This document shows, one piece after another, positions 35,958-48,339 of a stretch of DNA of 64,000 bases (positions within the stretch are counted from its first letter, which is position 1; each line of letters opens with the position of its first letter). This DNA comes from Eledone cirrhosa. Lineage: Eukaryota. The notes under the pieces were generated by a model. The model did no database searches and was not told the DNA's origin. It saw only the letters and a list, made by a program, of their open reading frames with translations. A program made the position numbers and the translations under genes. The stretch lies in NCBI GenBank assembly GCA_964016885.1, contig OZ024742.1, positions 64,666,001 to 64,730,000 on the forward strand. Direction: 5' to 3'.

Positions 35958-38240
35958 TGTCAAGGCAGAATTCTAGGAGAAGGAAAACTCTGATATAACA
36001 CCTGCAACCCTGATGGTATCTAATGATATTGAGTTGTTCTTCTTTTTTGTAAATATCATCTTGGTTAAGAGAGTGGCACTGGCTTTGTGCAGTGCCTTTG
36101 CTCACTATAAAAGCTTCACGGCACAGGCATTGCTTTATATCTGGAGATCTCTCTGCCCTTGTCGTCACATCGTACCATGGGCCTGTGTCAATAATTGTCA
36201 TAAGTGTAGTGTTTGTACCAGAGTTTTCAAGTCGCCTGCTGGACTAAAAAGTCACACTCGTTCAGCGCATCGGTAGGGGTTCTCCTACATGGATATAAAG
36301 TAGTGGCCGTACTCGAAAACGAGTTGGCAGCCACCATGTATATATGTATGTATATATGTATATGCCGGGTCACCAGTTGGTGCTACTGGTAACATGTGTC
36401 CCAGTACAACCTGTCCCATGGTCGGGTCGTTGGCGACTAAACTGGCAACCCCACCAAGGTTTCTTGGTGAGGAGGGTGACTTTGGACATCCTGCAGGACT
36501 AAAAACAAAACCTGTCAAAGGGCAAAGGACCTCTTAAGAGTCAATGTCCATCCAAAATCACCGGGAGAGATGACCCCTTAGCCTTTGTCAAGGCAAAATT
36601 CTAGGAGAAGGAAAACTCTGATATAACACCTGCAACCCTGATGGTATCCAATGATGTTGACTTGTTCTTCTTTTTGGTAAATATCATCTTGGTTAAGAGA
36701 GTGGGACTGGCTTTGTGCAGTGCCTTTGCTCACTATAAAAGCTTCACAGCACAGGCATTGCTTTATATCTGGAGATCTCTCTGCCCTTGTCGTCACATCG
36801 TACCATGGGCCTGTGTCAATAATTGTCACAAGTGTAGTGTTTGTACCAGAGTTTTCAAGTCGCCTGCTGGACTAAAAAGTCACACTCGTTCAGCGCATCG
36901 GTAGGGGTTCTCCTACATGGATATAAAGTAGTGGCCGTACTCGAAAACGAGTTGGCAGCCACCATGTATATATGTATGTATATATGTATATGTCGGGTCA
37001 CCAGTTGGTGCTACTGGTAACATGTGTCCCAGTACAACCTGTCCCATGGTCGGGTCGTTGGCGACTAAACTGGCAACCCCACCAAGGTTTCTTGGTGAGG
37101 AGGGTGACTTTGGACATCCTGCAGGACTAAAAACAAAACCTGTCAAAGGGCAAAGGACCTCTTAAGAGTCAATGTCCATCCAAAATCACCGGGAGAGATG
37201 ACCCCTTAGCCTTTGTCAAGGCAAAATTCTAGGAGAAGGAAAACTCTGATATAACACCTGCAACCCTGATGGTATCCAATGATGTTGACTTGTTCTTCTT
37301 TTTGGTAAATATCATCTTGGTTAAGAGAGTGGGACTGGCTTTGTGCAGTGCCTTTGCTCACTATAAAAGCTTCACAGCACAGGTATTGCTTTATATCTGG
37401 AGATCTCTCTGCCCTTGTCGTCACATGGTGCCATGGGCCCAGCACTATGTGTCAATAATTGTCACAGGTGTAGTGTTTGTACCAGAGTTTTCAAGTCGCT
37501 GGCTGGACTAAAAAGTCACACTTGTTTAGCGCATCGGTAGGGGTTCTCCTACATGGATATAAAGTAGTGGCCGTACTCGAAAACGAGTTGGCAGCCACCA
37601 TATATGTATGTATATATATATGTATGTATGGTCAGGTCACCAGTTGGTGCTACTGGTAACATGTATCCCAGTACAACCTGTCTCATGGTCAGGTCGTTGG
37701 CGACTAAACTGGCAACCCCACCAAGGTTTCTTGGTGAGGAAGGTGACTTTGGACATCCTGCAGGACTAAAAACAAAACCTGTCAAAGGGCAATGGAGCTC
37801 TTAAGAGTCAATGGCCATCCAAAATCACTGGGAGAGATGATCCCTTAGCCTTTGTCAGGGCAGAATTCTAGGAGAAGGAAAACTCTGATATAACACCTGC
37901 AACCCTGATGCTATCCAATGATGTTGACTTGTTCTTCTTTTTGGTAAATATCATCTTGGTTAAGAGAGTGGGACTGGCTTTGTGCAGTGCCTTTGCTCAC
38001 TATAAAAGCTTCACGGCACAGGCATTGCTTTATATCTGGAGATCTATCTGCACTTGTCATCACATGGTACCATGGGTCCAGCACTATGTGTCAATAATTG
38101 TCACAAGTGTAGTATTTGTACCAGAGTTTTCAAGTCGCTGGCTGGACTAAAAAGTCACACTCGTTCAGCGCATCGGAAGGGGTTCTCCTACATGGATATA
38201 AAGTAGTGGCCGTACTCGAAAACGAGTTGGCAGCCACCAT
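35958..38240 (+). mobile_element. Tandem array (~3.6 copies, period 628-639 bp) of a non-autonomous element with an RTE-like C2H2 tail
   Basis: Units start ~36365, 36993, 37632, separated by (ATGT)n; two copies encode CSVCTRVFKSPAGLKSHTRSAHR*. Confidence 0.88.
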
Positions 38241-38674
38241 GTATGTATGTATATATGTATGTATGCTGAATGAGTATGTGTGTCACAATCATTCAGCTAA
38301 TCGCCGTATTTAAACCAACAGGTTTGTTTAATGTAAGCACCCTACTCTTTGTCCCTAGTAAATCCTCTGCAAGAATCGTGTAAACAACACTGAAAAACAA
38401 CAGCCTTTCTACCTCCACCAATCCTTCTTATCTTCTATTTGTTTATGTATTGATTTCTCTATTTATATTTTACATTAACCCTTTCATTTCCGTATTTCTA
38501 CTGAAAGACACTGCTTATGATTTTGAAAATGTTCAGTAATTTGGAGGGTTTTAATACTGTAACTAATTTTCTCAATATCAAGTAGATGTTTGGAACATAT
38601 GTGCCATGTAATAGGACTGGAACCAGAACCTTGTGTGTGCAAAACGAACTCCTTATTGACACAGCAATACCTGC

Positions 38675-38732
<58 letters not shown>

Positions 38733-39200
38733 ATGTGTGTGTGCATGTGTGTGTGCATGTGTGTGTGCATGTGTGTATGTTTGTTTGTGTGTGTGTGTTT
38801 ATATTTATATGTATTCTTTTATTTAATTTCTAAAGCTTCTTTAAGAAGAGAAGTAAGGAAACATAGGAATGAGGGGGGAGGGGGTAGTGGAAAAGAAGGA
38901 ATGAAAGAAAGGGGTGAGCAAAATCAGAGAAGAAGAAAAATCAAAGAAGATCAACAACAACAAGGACAGTATAGAAAAGGCCAACATTAGACGTGCTAGT
39001 TAGTGTTTTCTGTGCTTCTTACACAAAAGAGTGCAATGGAGTTATGGATTCATTGAATAACGTACTTTTATCATTCACAATAATTAACAAAAAACACCTT
39101 GTTTCATGGTCTTCTCCCCACCCCTTCCTTTATCTTTCTCTACATATACACACATGCACACAAACACACACACACACACACATATATATATATGTGTGTG

Positions 39201-39246
<46 letters not shown>

Positions 39247-39591
39247 TATGTGTATCATCATCATCATCACTGTTTACTGTCCATGTTTCCACGCTGGCAT
39301 GGGTTATCCTGTTGTGAGTCAGGTGACCATGACTTGCTCATACAGAACCGATTATGGCTTGTCTCTACAGCTGGATGCCCTTCCTAGTGCCAACCTCATT
39401 TACAGTGAGCACAGGGTGCTTTTTGTTGTGACGCCTACACGACCACTTTACAGTGTGGGCTGGGTGCCATTTTGTCGTGTCGCCATCACAACCACTTTAC
39501 AGTGTGGGTTGGAGGCTTCACTGGATGTATACTTCCACTTATCTTCATGGGAGATATATGGGAGTGAGGTGGTGCATACTATATATATGCT

Positions 39592-39935
39592 TCAATCTCG
39601 GCTTGTGCCCATAGGAAATCTGGTCTTCTTTAATACTGCATAACACAAAAGATCTCGGTCCTGTGTTATCACCTTTGAGAGGTGCAATTGTGTAAGGTCA
39701 GCTTTTAACACCTCATCCCAAGTCTTCCTGGGTCTCCCCACTCCAGGGCTTCCATCGACTTTGAGCGCTCTGCAGCTTTTTATACAGCTGCCATTCTTCA
39801 TATGCAACACATGTCCATACCAATGCAATCTCATTTCCTGCACACCACATCTGATTGCTCTTATGCCTAGTTTCTTTCTCAGTACGTTATATTACTATTA
39901 CACATCCATCGGAGCATGCAAGCTTCATTCCTTTC
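39592..39935 (-). mobile_element. RTE LINE 3' fragment
   Basis: RLHWYGHVLHM...GRPRKTWDEV. Confidence 0.85.
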
Positions 39936-39954
39936 CAATATGTGTGTGTGTGTC

Positions 39955-42900
39955 ATCATCATCATCATCATCGTTTAACATCCATCTTCCACGCTTGCTT
40001 GGGTTTGGACGGGAGTTTTCCCACTTGAGACAAGATTGGTTGTCTTGCTCGTATAGGACTGTCTGGCGGGTTTTCTACAGCCGGATGCCCTTCCTAACAC
40101 CAACCACGTTTACAGTGTGGACTGGGAGGTTTTTACTGTGTTACCTACACGGCCACATTACAGCGTGGACTGTGTGTTTTTTTGTCGTGACACCTACACG
40201 ACCTCATTTGTTTCGGACTGGATGTTGTGGTACCAACATATCTTCACATTGAAGGGGGTGGTGTGGATGGGGTGGGGGTAGTGGGACAGGGGTGTATTTT
40301 TGTTAGAGGTGCCTACTGACTGTAGGTTTCGCTTTGTACTTAGGCAAGGCGGGTCTTCTGTATTACTGTGTAGCGCCAAAGATTTTGGTCCAGTGACATT
40401 GTCTTGGAGAGGTGTAAGTATGTGAGGTCGGAATTTATCAAGTCGTCCCAGGTTTTTCTGGGTCTGCCTACTCCGTGGCTACCGTCTATTTTTATCGCCC
40501 TGCACTTTTTTATACAGCTGTCGTCTTTCATGCGCATCACGTGACCGTACCAATGTAGTCTTCTCTCGAGTAAACAACATCTGATCCCTCTTATTCCTAA
40601 TTTCTCCCTTAGTTTGTTTATGCTTTGCCGTTCACGTATATTACTATTACACATCCAGCGGAGCATGCAAGCTTCGTTCCTCTCCAGTCTGCGTATATCC
40701 TCTGCACACAATGCCCAGGTCTCACTGCCATGTAACATTGCTGTTTGTATGCAGGCATCATACAGCCTGCTTTTCATTTTTAGAGAGAACCCTTTAGCGG
40801 CCAATAGTGGTATAAGCTCTCTGAACTTTTTCCATCCCGTTCTGACTCTAGCTACTGTACTTTCAGAGCAGCCTCCCCCACTGCTGATTTTGTCACCCAG
40901 GTAACGGAAGGTGTCCACTATTTCTATAGAACCATCTGTGCAATGGAATGAGCTAGTATTCTGTGGGCACTTGCTGCTACTTATTGCACCAGAGCACTGG
41001 CCACATATAAAATCTATATTCTTAGTTAGCTTAACTGTGATCCCACTACATCTTTTATGCACCCATACCTTGCATTTGGGACATAAAATGGAGTTTCTGC
41101 CTACTCCTTTCCTACACACTGAGCATGGCCATTTCCCAGATGGGACCGATGCCCTATTTTCCTTCCTACAAACTAGAACTTTAGTCTTAGACAAGTTAAC
41201 TTTAAGGCCTTTTGCTTCTAGGCCATGCTTCCATGTTTGGAGTTTCTTCTCTAGTTCAGCCATTGATTCAGCTATGAGCATTAGATCATCTGCGTATAGG
41301 AGTTCCCACGGGCAGCCAGTCTTGAACTCCTCTGTTATAGACTGAAGGGCAATAATAAATAGTAGGGGGCTAAGAACGGAGCCCTGATGAACACCAACTT
41401 TTACGCTAAACTCTTCACTATATTCGTTGTTAATTCTAACCTTGCTGACTGTTTCTTTATACATGGCTTGTATAGCTCTCACAAGCCATTCATCAACACC
41501 TAGTTTTCTAAGAGCCCACCAGATAATGGAGCGGGGGACTCTGTCAAAGGCTTTCTCCAAGTCAACAAAAGCTAAGTATAGGGGTTTACTTTTAGCTAGG
41601 TACTTCTCCTGTAGTTGTCGTACAATGAAAAGAGCGTCTGTGGTACTTTTACCTGACACAAACCCATTTCATCTAGATCAATTCGCTCTCTGATTAGTTG
41701 TGCTATTACTTTTTCCGTGACCTTCATGACCTGGTCGATTAATTTAATGCCTCTATAGTTACCCCTATCTAGGGCATCTCCTTTACCATGTAGCAGTTAA
41801 TGATGATGCTGCTACGCCAGACCTTCGGAACAACCCCTTTCTGTATGACTTGGTTTACTATCCGGGTAACCATAGTGTGTCCCACCATTCCAGATGCTTT
41901 TAGCATTTCAGCAACTATTTCCGAAGGCCCAGCCGCCTTACCCGTCTTCATATCTTTGATTGCCTTACTTATTATACTACCTTCAACTAGCACTGCTGGT
42001 CCCTCTATTGGATCGATGTGGGGGAGACTGTCTTTCTCCCATTTATTCTCCTCATTTAGTAGCCTTTCGTAGTGACACTTCCAAGCTACCTTCTTATCAG
42101 CGTCAGTGATGGCAAGTACACCATCATCATTAAGAACATACTTCTCCCCGACAATATCACGGTTTTCCTTGACACATTGCCTAGCAATCCTGAACACCTC
42201 ACGTTTTTGGTCCTCGCGTTGTAGAACATGCTTGAACTTTCTTTCCTCTGCTTCCCTTCTTGCGAAGTACACTTGTCTCCTAGCTTCCCTCCTGGCCACT
42301 TGATAGTCTTCTCTACTTCCCCCATCCCGCCATACTTTCCAAGCCTGCTTTTTGGCCTTAATTGACTCCTCCACCTTACTGTTCCACCATGTTACTCTCC
42401 TCCTGCCTATGGGCCTGCTCCAGCCTCAGACATCATCTGCCGCCTTCAGCAGGTTAGCTTTCAGGAATTCCCACTGTTCCTCTATATTGTACGACTCTAA
42501 TTGCTCTTCCTTACTGTCGAAAGCATCAAGTAATATGCTTTTAAATTTATTACTGGCTGTAGGGTCCTTTAGCTTCCATATTTTTCTCCTGAGGATAGTC
42601 CTCCTCTATTGTCGAGTACGTCTTGTCCTGACTATGAGGTCGCTGACTATGAGTCTATGTTGGAAGGTGCATTCTTCATGGGGGAGGGATTTAGTGTTTA
42701 CAACAGACACTCTATCACGTCTTCTGGTAAGGATATAATCTATCTGACTGGCGTGTTCCCCTGATCTATAGGTGATCAAGTGATTGTCTTGTTTTTTGAA
42801 GTTAGTGTTATAGATAGTTAGGTTATTTGCATCACAGAATTCCAGGATTCTGGAGCCTTCCTCATTTCTAGTACCAAACCCATAGCCTCCATGGATTCTG

Positions 42901-43430
42901 TCATAGCCGTCACAATGTTGTCCAACGTGACCATTTAGGTCGCCAGCAATAATTATGTAGTCACTGTCGGTTATTTGGGAGATAGTGAGCATCAATGTCT
43001 CATAGAATCTGTCTTTTATAGCATCAGGCAGTCCGGATTGGGGTGCATACGCAGATATTACTGTCACAGTAGTTCTATTAAGGACAAGTCTTATTTTAAT
43101 TATTCTGTCGTTCACTCTATTTATGTCTATTATCTTATCTACCCATTTTTCTGCTAACATGATTCCTACCCCACCCAGAAAAGCTTATAGCATCGTTTTT
43201 TACCCACAATGAATCTAGCAGACCCACCCTTCCACCTGGTCTCTTGGATACAGCAAACATCAACCTCTTTACGTTCAAGCATTTCTACAACCTCGTTAGA
43301 GCGACCTTTTAAGGTGCCTACATTCATGAAGTTTTGGATTGCGTTTGGTGGGTGGGAACAGTGGGCCGCAGGGATGGGGTTGGGGTTATGTTGGCCATCC
43401 GGCAGCATGAGGTGAATTTGTCTTTATCTT
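39955..43430 (-). mobile_element. Near full-length RTE-clade LINE, frameshifted
   Basis: AP endonuclease (NVGTL, CCIQETRW, SAYAPQ, GDLNGHVG, SQIDYIL), RT (DLEKAFDRV, HQGSVLSPLLF, YADD), RL.WYGHV.R, GRPRKTW, 3' UTR ending (GAT)n. Confidence 0.95.
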
Positions 43431-43655
43431 TGGTGTGTATATATATATATATATATGTATGTATATAATTAACAAAATACAATAGAGTTTTCAAATGGAA
43501 ATTTTTTAGAATCCCTTACAATTGTTTCTGTACATATCTGTTTATATTCTCCTTTTGGACATTTTCCCTACAACAGACTTAAACAATGTTTTACTTCTTT
43601 GCGCTGGATGGGTTCTTATGCCTTTCATTGGAAGCCTTTTACTATGCATTATTAA

Positions 43656-43846
43656 GGCGGTGGATTGGCAGTATCGGTAGAGGGTCGGACGCCATGCTTT
43701 CCAGCATAGTTACGTCCCTTTACGATCTGAGTTCAAATCCCGCCGAGGTTGACTTTGCCTTTCATCCTTACGGGGTCGATAAAATAAAGTACCAGTAATG
43801 CACTGGGTAATTGCTGGCCTTGTGCCTAAAGTAGAAACAATTATTA
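43656..43846 (+). mobile_element. tRNA-derived SINE with Meta/MESC-like core and TTA tail
   Basis: GAGTTCAAATCC B box, then GCCTTTCATCCTTACGGGGTCGATAAAATAAAGTACCAG. Confidence 0.85.
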
Positions 43847-45789
43847 AGGCCTGCTTCAAATCCATGAGAAGGAATTTGGGAATGTTGCAAAGAATAAAAT
43901 TTAATGAAATGTTACAGCTCCCACCTATATTGTTTTGCCTGTCCTCAAACGAGGTTGTATCTCATAGGAGGTTTCTTGGGTGTTTTAATGCTATGGGCCT
44001 CAGTCCATCATACATTTGTTACAACTCACACCTATGTAGATTTAGGCTTGCCTCCTATGAGGTTGTATCTCATAGGATGTTTAAATGCTAGGACCTCAGT
44101 TGCATAAGGGAAGGTAATGTGAAATTTAGTGCCTAACTCAAGAATACAACACAACCCTGTCTTGGGAGTGAACACACAACCTTATGATCATGAGCTCAAC
44201 ACCCTAACCATTAGGCCATGACATTGATATTAATTTTTATTTGTTCTTAGAACTGGAGTGGCTGGTAAATGATGGGGAGTTGTTTTTAGTAAGACAAAGG
44301 TTGCAGTCCCTTGAACTATTCCTAAATGCCTGTGTATTGATTCCTTGTGGTGGATGGAGAGTGGGCTGTTGTCAAGGGTCCTATACAAGCTTATACTCAC
44401 CTCTTGTAATGTATATATTTTTCCTTCTCTTTATCACCAAATAAATTCTGATGGTCCTGTGTCAGTGAGGGGATAATCTGTTGTATTGGTACAGGAAATA
44501 TTTAAATGGGGAGAGATATAGAAGTCTCATATAGTTAGTTGTTGCTTAGTCTCATGTCAACTCTCACATATACATACACACACACACACACACATATATA
44601 TATTAACAAAACACAATGGAGTTTTCAAACTGTAATTTATTAGAATCCTTTACAATTGTTTCTGCACATAACATCCTGTATATTTTCCCACATTAGAGCT
44701 GGTAGTTTCATGTCAACTCTCATATAGTTGGTAGTCTTGTGTCAATTCTCATTGAGCAAACTATTGATAAAAAGCTTTCCAAACATATGATCTATGTGCT
44801 ACATGTGGCCCATGCACTATGTGTGGCCTATGCATTAAATGTGCCATATGTGCTGCATGTAGTCTATAAAAATACAGCACATGTGCTACATGGAGGGGAA
44901 ACTCCTTGTTGATCAACAGGTGAAAATTGTCATTTATGAAATGTTTCTTGATAAGGGTGAGGAAGTTTATCATACTGGACTTCACAGTTTTATTCCTTTC
45001 AACACAGTAATGATTACAATCGATCAAATGGATGCATGAAACCTTTAGGTATGGGTATGTCTGAAAATTGTAGCCCTGCTGTTCATAACAGAAAGGACAT
45101 AGACATGGTTGAGTGGTTAAAAATCTCACTTTGCAATCATGAAGTTTCTGATTCTATCCCACTGTTGACATAAGTCTCGTGAGATGGACTTTACCTGTAA
45201 TTCAAAAGTCATCTTGTTAGATGCCATCATACCAGAACACCATTTCCAAATGAAGGTGGTTAGTAGAAGTAATTCTGATATGGTTTTTTACTAGTGCTAG
45301 TGGCAGTTCATTCAGTTAACACATCCAACAATCTCAAACCCCAATTGGTTGTCCATCCATCAATCTCAAACTTTAACTGGTTGTCCAACCATCAGTCTTA
45401 AAGCCCAACCGATGATCCATCCAGCAGTCTCAAAGCCTTGGTTGTCTGTCCAGTTGATGAAGACCAAGAATTTGGCTACTTCATTGGTTGGGTTCTGTGT
45501 TTCTGTAGATAGCTGACAAGTCTAATTCTGATACAGAAGTAGTAACCACATATTTTTGTTTGAAGAGTTGGCTCTGAGAGCTATAGAAGACACTTTCCCA
45601 AGGAGCCATGCAATGGGACTGAACCCAAAACCACATGGTTTGGTTACAAAATCAACCCATCCTTGCTAGTCTTATATATAAACAGAAAATATGGAAACAA
45701 AAGACCATATATAAATCATCACTTTATGTCCAATTTTTTCCATGCTTGCATGGGTTGAAAGGGTTTTCTCCAAGACAGCCTCCCTCAAC

Positions 45790-46722
45790 TCATCATGTTC
45801 CTTCATTATCTCCTGTGAGGTTCAGCATTTTTAGTTCTACTCTCACTACTTCCTCTACTGCAACATCCTTCCAGTGGCATTTGGCACTTCTTCACCCAAT
45901 GATAATCTAATACACATCATGTGTTCATACCAGTGAAATCTTTTCTTGTGCACATTTGATTATTCTTACATGCAGCTCTCTCTCTCTCAGCTCATCCATG
46001 TAAATTAACATCACACATCCATCAAAGCATGCTCGCTTCATTTCTCTCCAGCTTCCAAATATCCTTTGCATTTACTACCTGTCTCACTGCCTTGCAATAT
46101 TGCACTTCTCACACAGGCATCATAAAATCTATCTTTTGCTCAGAGAGAAAATCTCTTTGATGTTAACAGAGGTAGTAGCTCTTAACTTTTTCCAACCCGT
46201 TCTCATTCTAACTACTATGCTTTCAGAGTAACTTCTTTGCTGCTAATTAGGTCACCTAAATAACAAAAATTATTAAATACTTTTATGGTACCTTCCCAGG
46301 ATTGGAAAAGATTTATTTCACTGGTGCTTTTACTACCAACTACACTTGAAGTCTATCTTTTCTATTAGCTTGTCTACAATCCCACTACACATCTTGTATA
46401 CCCATACCTTACATTATTTATATCATATAGGCGATGGATTGACAGTATCGGCAGAGAGTCTGATGCCATGCTTTGCAGCAAAGGCCCTTTATGGTCTGAG
46501 TTCAAATCCTACCAAGGTTAACTTTGCCTTTCATCCTTACGGGGTTGATAAAATAAAGTACCAGTAATACACTGGGATAATTGCTGGCCTTGTGCCAAAA
46601 GCAGAAACAATTATTTATATCATATAGAAATCCTACCTACTCCATTTCTGCATATTGAGCCTGGCCACTTCTCTGATGTGACCAAGGTCCTGTCATCTTT
46701 CCTACTTACTAAAACTTTGGTC
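45790..46722 (-). mobile_element. Highly decayed RTE fragment interrupted by a SINE
   Basis: Nucleotide similarity to the 40.5-41.2 kb RTE segment. Confidence 0.65.
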
Positions 46723-46782
46723 TAAACACAGAAAACATGGAAACAAGCGACAATAAATAAATACATTTTAAAAGTAAACTGT

Positions 46783-46788
46783 TTTATT
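46783..46788 (-). promoter_or_regulatory. Candidate COPS2 polyadenylation signal AATAAA
   Basis: AATAAA about 125 nt after the stop; AT-rich context makes a chance match possible. Confidence 0.3.
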
Positions 46789-46913
46789 TTAGCCAGGTAA
46801 ATTACAGGTAAGAAATTGTTTTGGATTTTTTTTTAAATATCTGAACAAATAAACCAGAGAAAAAAAAAAACAAAACCAAAAAAAAAGAAGCCTTTTTTGC
46901 CTGTTATTGTAAG

Positions 46914-47058
46914 TTATGCCATCTTATTAATGACTGTCTGATGCAGTGAGTGCAGTTGTGATGTCCATTTATCCAGTGCATTGTACTGAGCAATACCAGT
47001 AGTTTCTCTCACCAACTCCAGTACTTTGTTCACCTGGTCTATTCGCCCATTTATGGTG
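46914..47058 (-). CDS. COPS2: COPS2 terminal coding exon
   Basis: [50 protein letters not shown] matches the CSN2 C-terminus; ccacag acceptor. Confidence 0.95.
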
Positions 47059-47469
47059 CTGTGGAAATAATAGGAGGAATAATGGTAAAGCGTATAGTAA
47101 AAATATAATTCACATCAGATTTAGTAAAAAAACAAAAGCAGCAACAGTGATTATTATTGTTATTATCATCATCATTGTTTATCATCATCATCATCACTGT
47201 TTTACGTCCGTTCTTCCATGCTAGCATGGGTTAGACGGGTTGTCCTGTTGTGAGCAGTGTCTGGTTGGCTGACCATGCCTTGCTCATACAGGAACTGATT
47301 TTGGCTTGATTTCTACAGCTGGATGCCCTTCCTAACACCAACCTCATTTACAGTGAGTGCTGGGTGCTTTTTCCGTGGCGCCTACACGTCCACTTTACAG
47401 TGTGGGCTGGGTGCTTTTTTGCCGTGGCACCTCCACGACCACCTTGTCTATATGTGTGACGCCAGAGGT

Positions 47470-47950
47470 CATGGTCGTGTGTCATCGCCTTTGAGAGGTG
47501 TAATTAGGTACGGTCGGCTTTTATCACCTCATCCCAGGTCTTCTTGGGTCTCCCCACTCCGCAGTTTCCATTGACTTCTAGTGCTCTGCACCTTTTTATG
47601 CAGTTATCATCCTTCATACGCATCACATCTCCATACCAACGCAACCGCCTCTCCTGCACACAGCATTTGATTCCTCTTATGCTCAGTCTCTCTCTCAATT
47701 CATTTATGCTTTGTCGTTCACGTATATTACTATTGCACATCCATCGGAGCATGCAGGTTTTGTTTCTCTCTAATCTACGTAAGTCTTCCACCTTCAGCAC
47801 CCAGGTCTCACTACCATGTAACATTGCTGTTCGGATACACGCATCATACAGTCTGCCTTCTACTTACAAGGACCTTAGTCTTTGTCATGTTGACTTTGAG
47901 ACCCTTTCTTTCTAGTCCCTGCTTCCAAGTTTGGAAGCTTTCCACCAACA
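47470..47950 (-). mobile_element. RTE LINE 3' fragment
   Basis: LHGSETW...RLRWYGDVMRM...GRPKKTW. Confidence 0.85.
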
Positions 47951-48339
47951 AGTTGTCATGGTCTGAGACCAGACGGGGTCGGAGTGACCTGATCTTGCTC
48001 ATACACTCCATATTTGATATGGTTTCTATGGCTGAATGCCCTTCCTAACACTAACCATCTTACAGGGTATGCTGGGTGCACTACCACTTTATAGAGTGAA
48101 TTAGGTGAGTTTTATTGTGGCACCAGAACTAAAGAGGTTGTCACATGCTCATTCATGCTGAAAAGTCTTCCAAGAACCTATATTGTCTCTGTTAAATCAC
48201 CAAAAACTGTAGCCCCTGATGTGCCATTAGGACATTAGGAAAGGTATCCAGCTGTAGAAATCATGGCAAAAACAGAATTTCTAAGTGAGATATGTTTCTT
48301 CAGCCCATCTAGTGAGATATGTTTTTACACCAACAAGAC

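Noticed and set aside
36013-36904. Host C2H2 zinc-finger genes
   Set aside because: Single finger within a mobile-element unit, disconnected from the upstream frame in other copies
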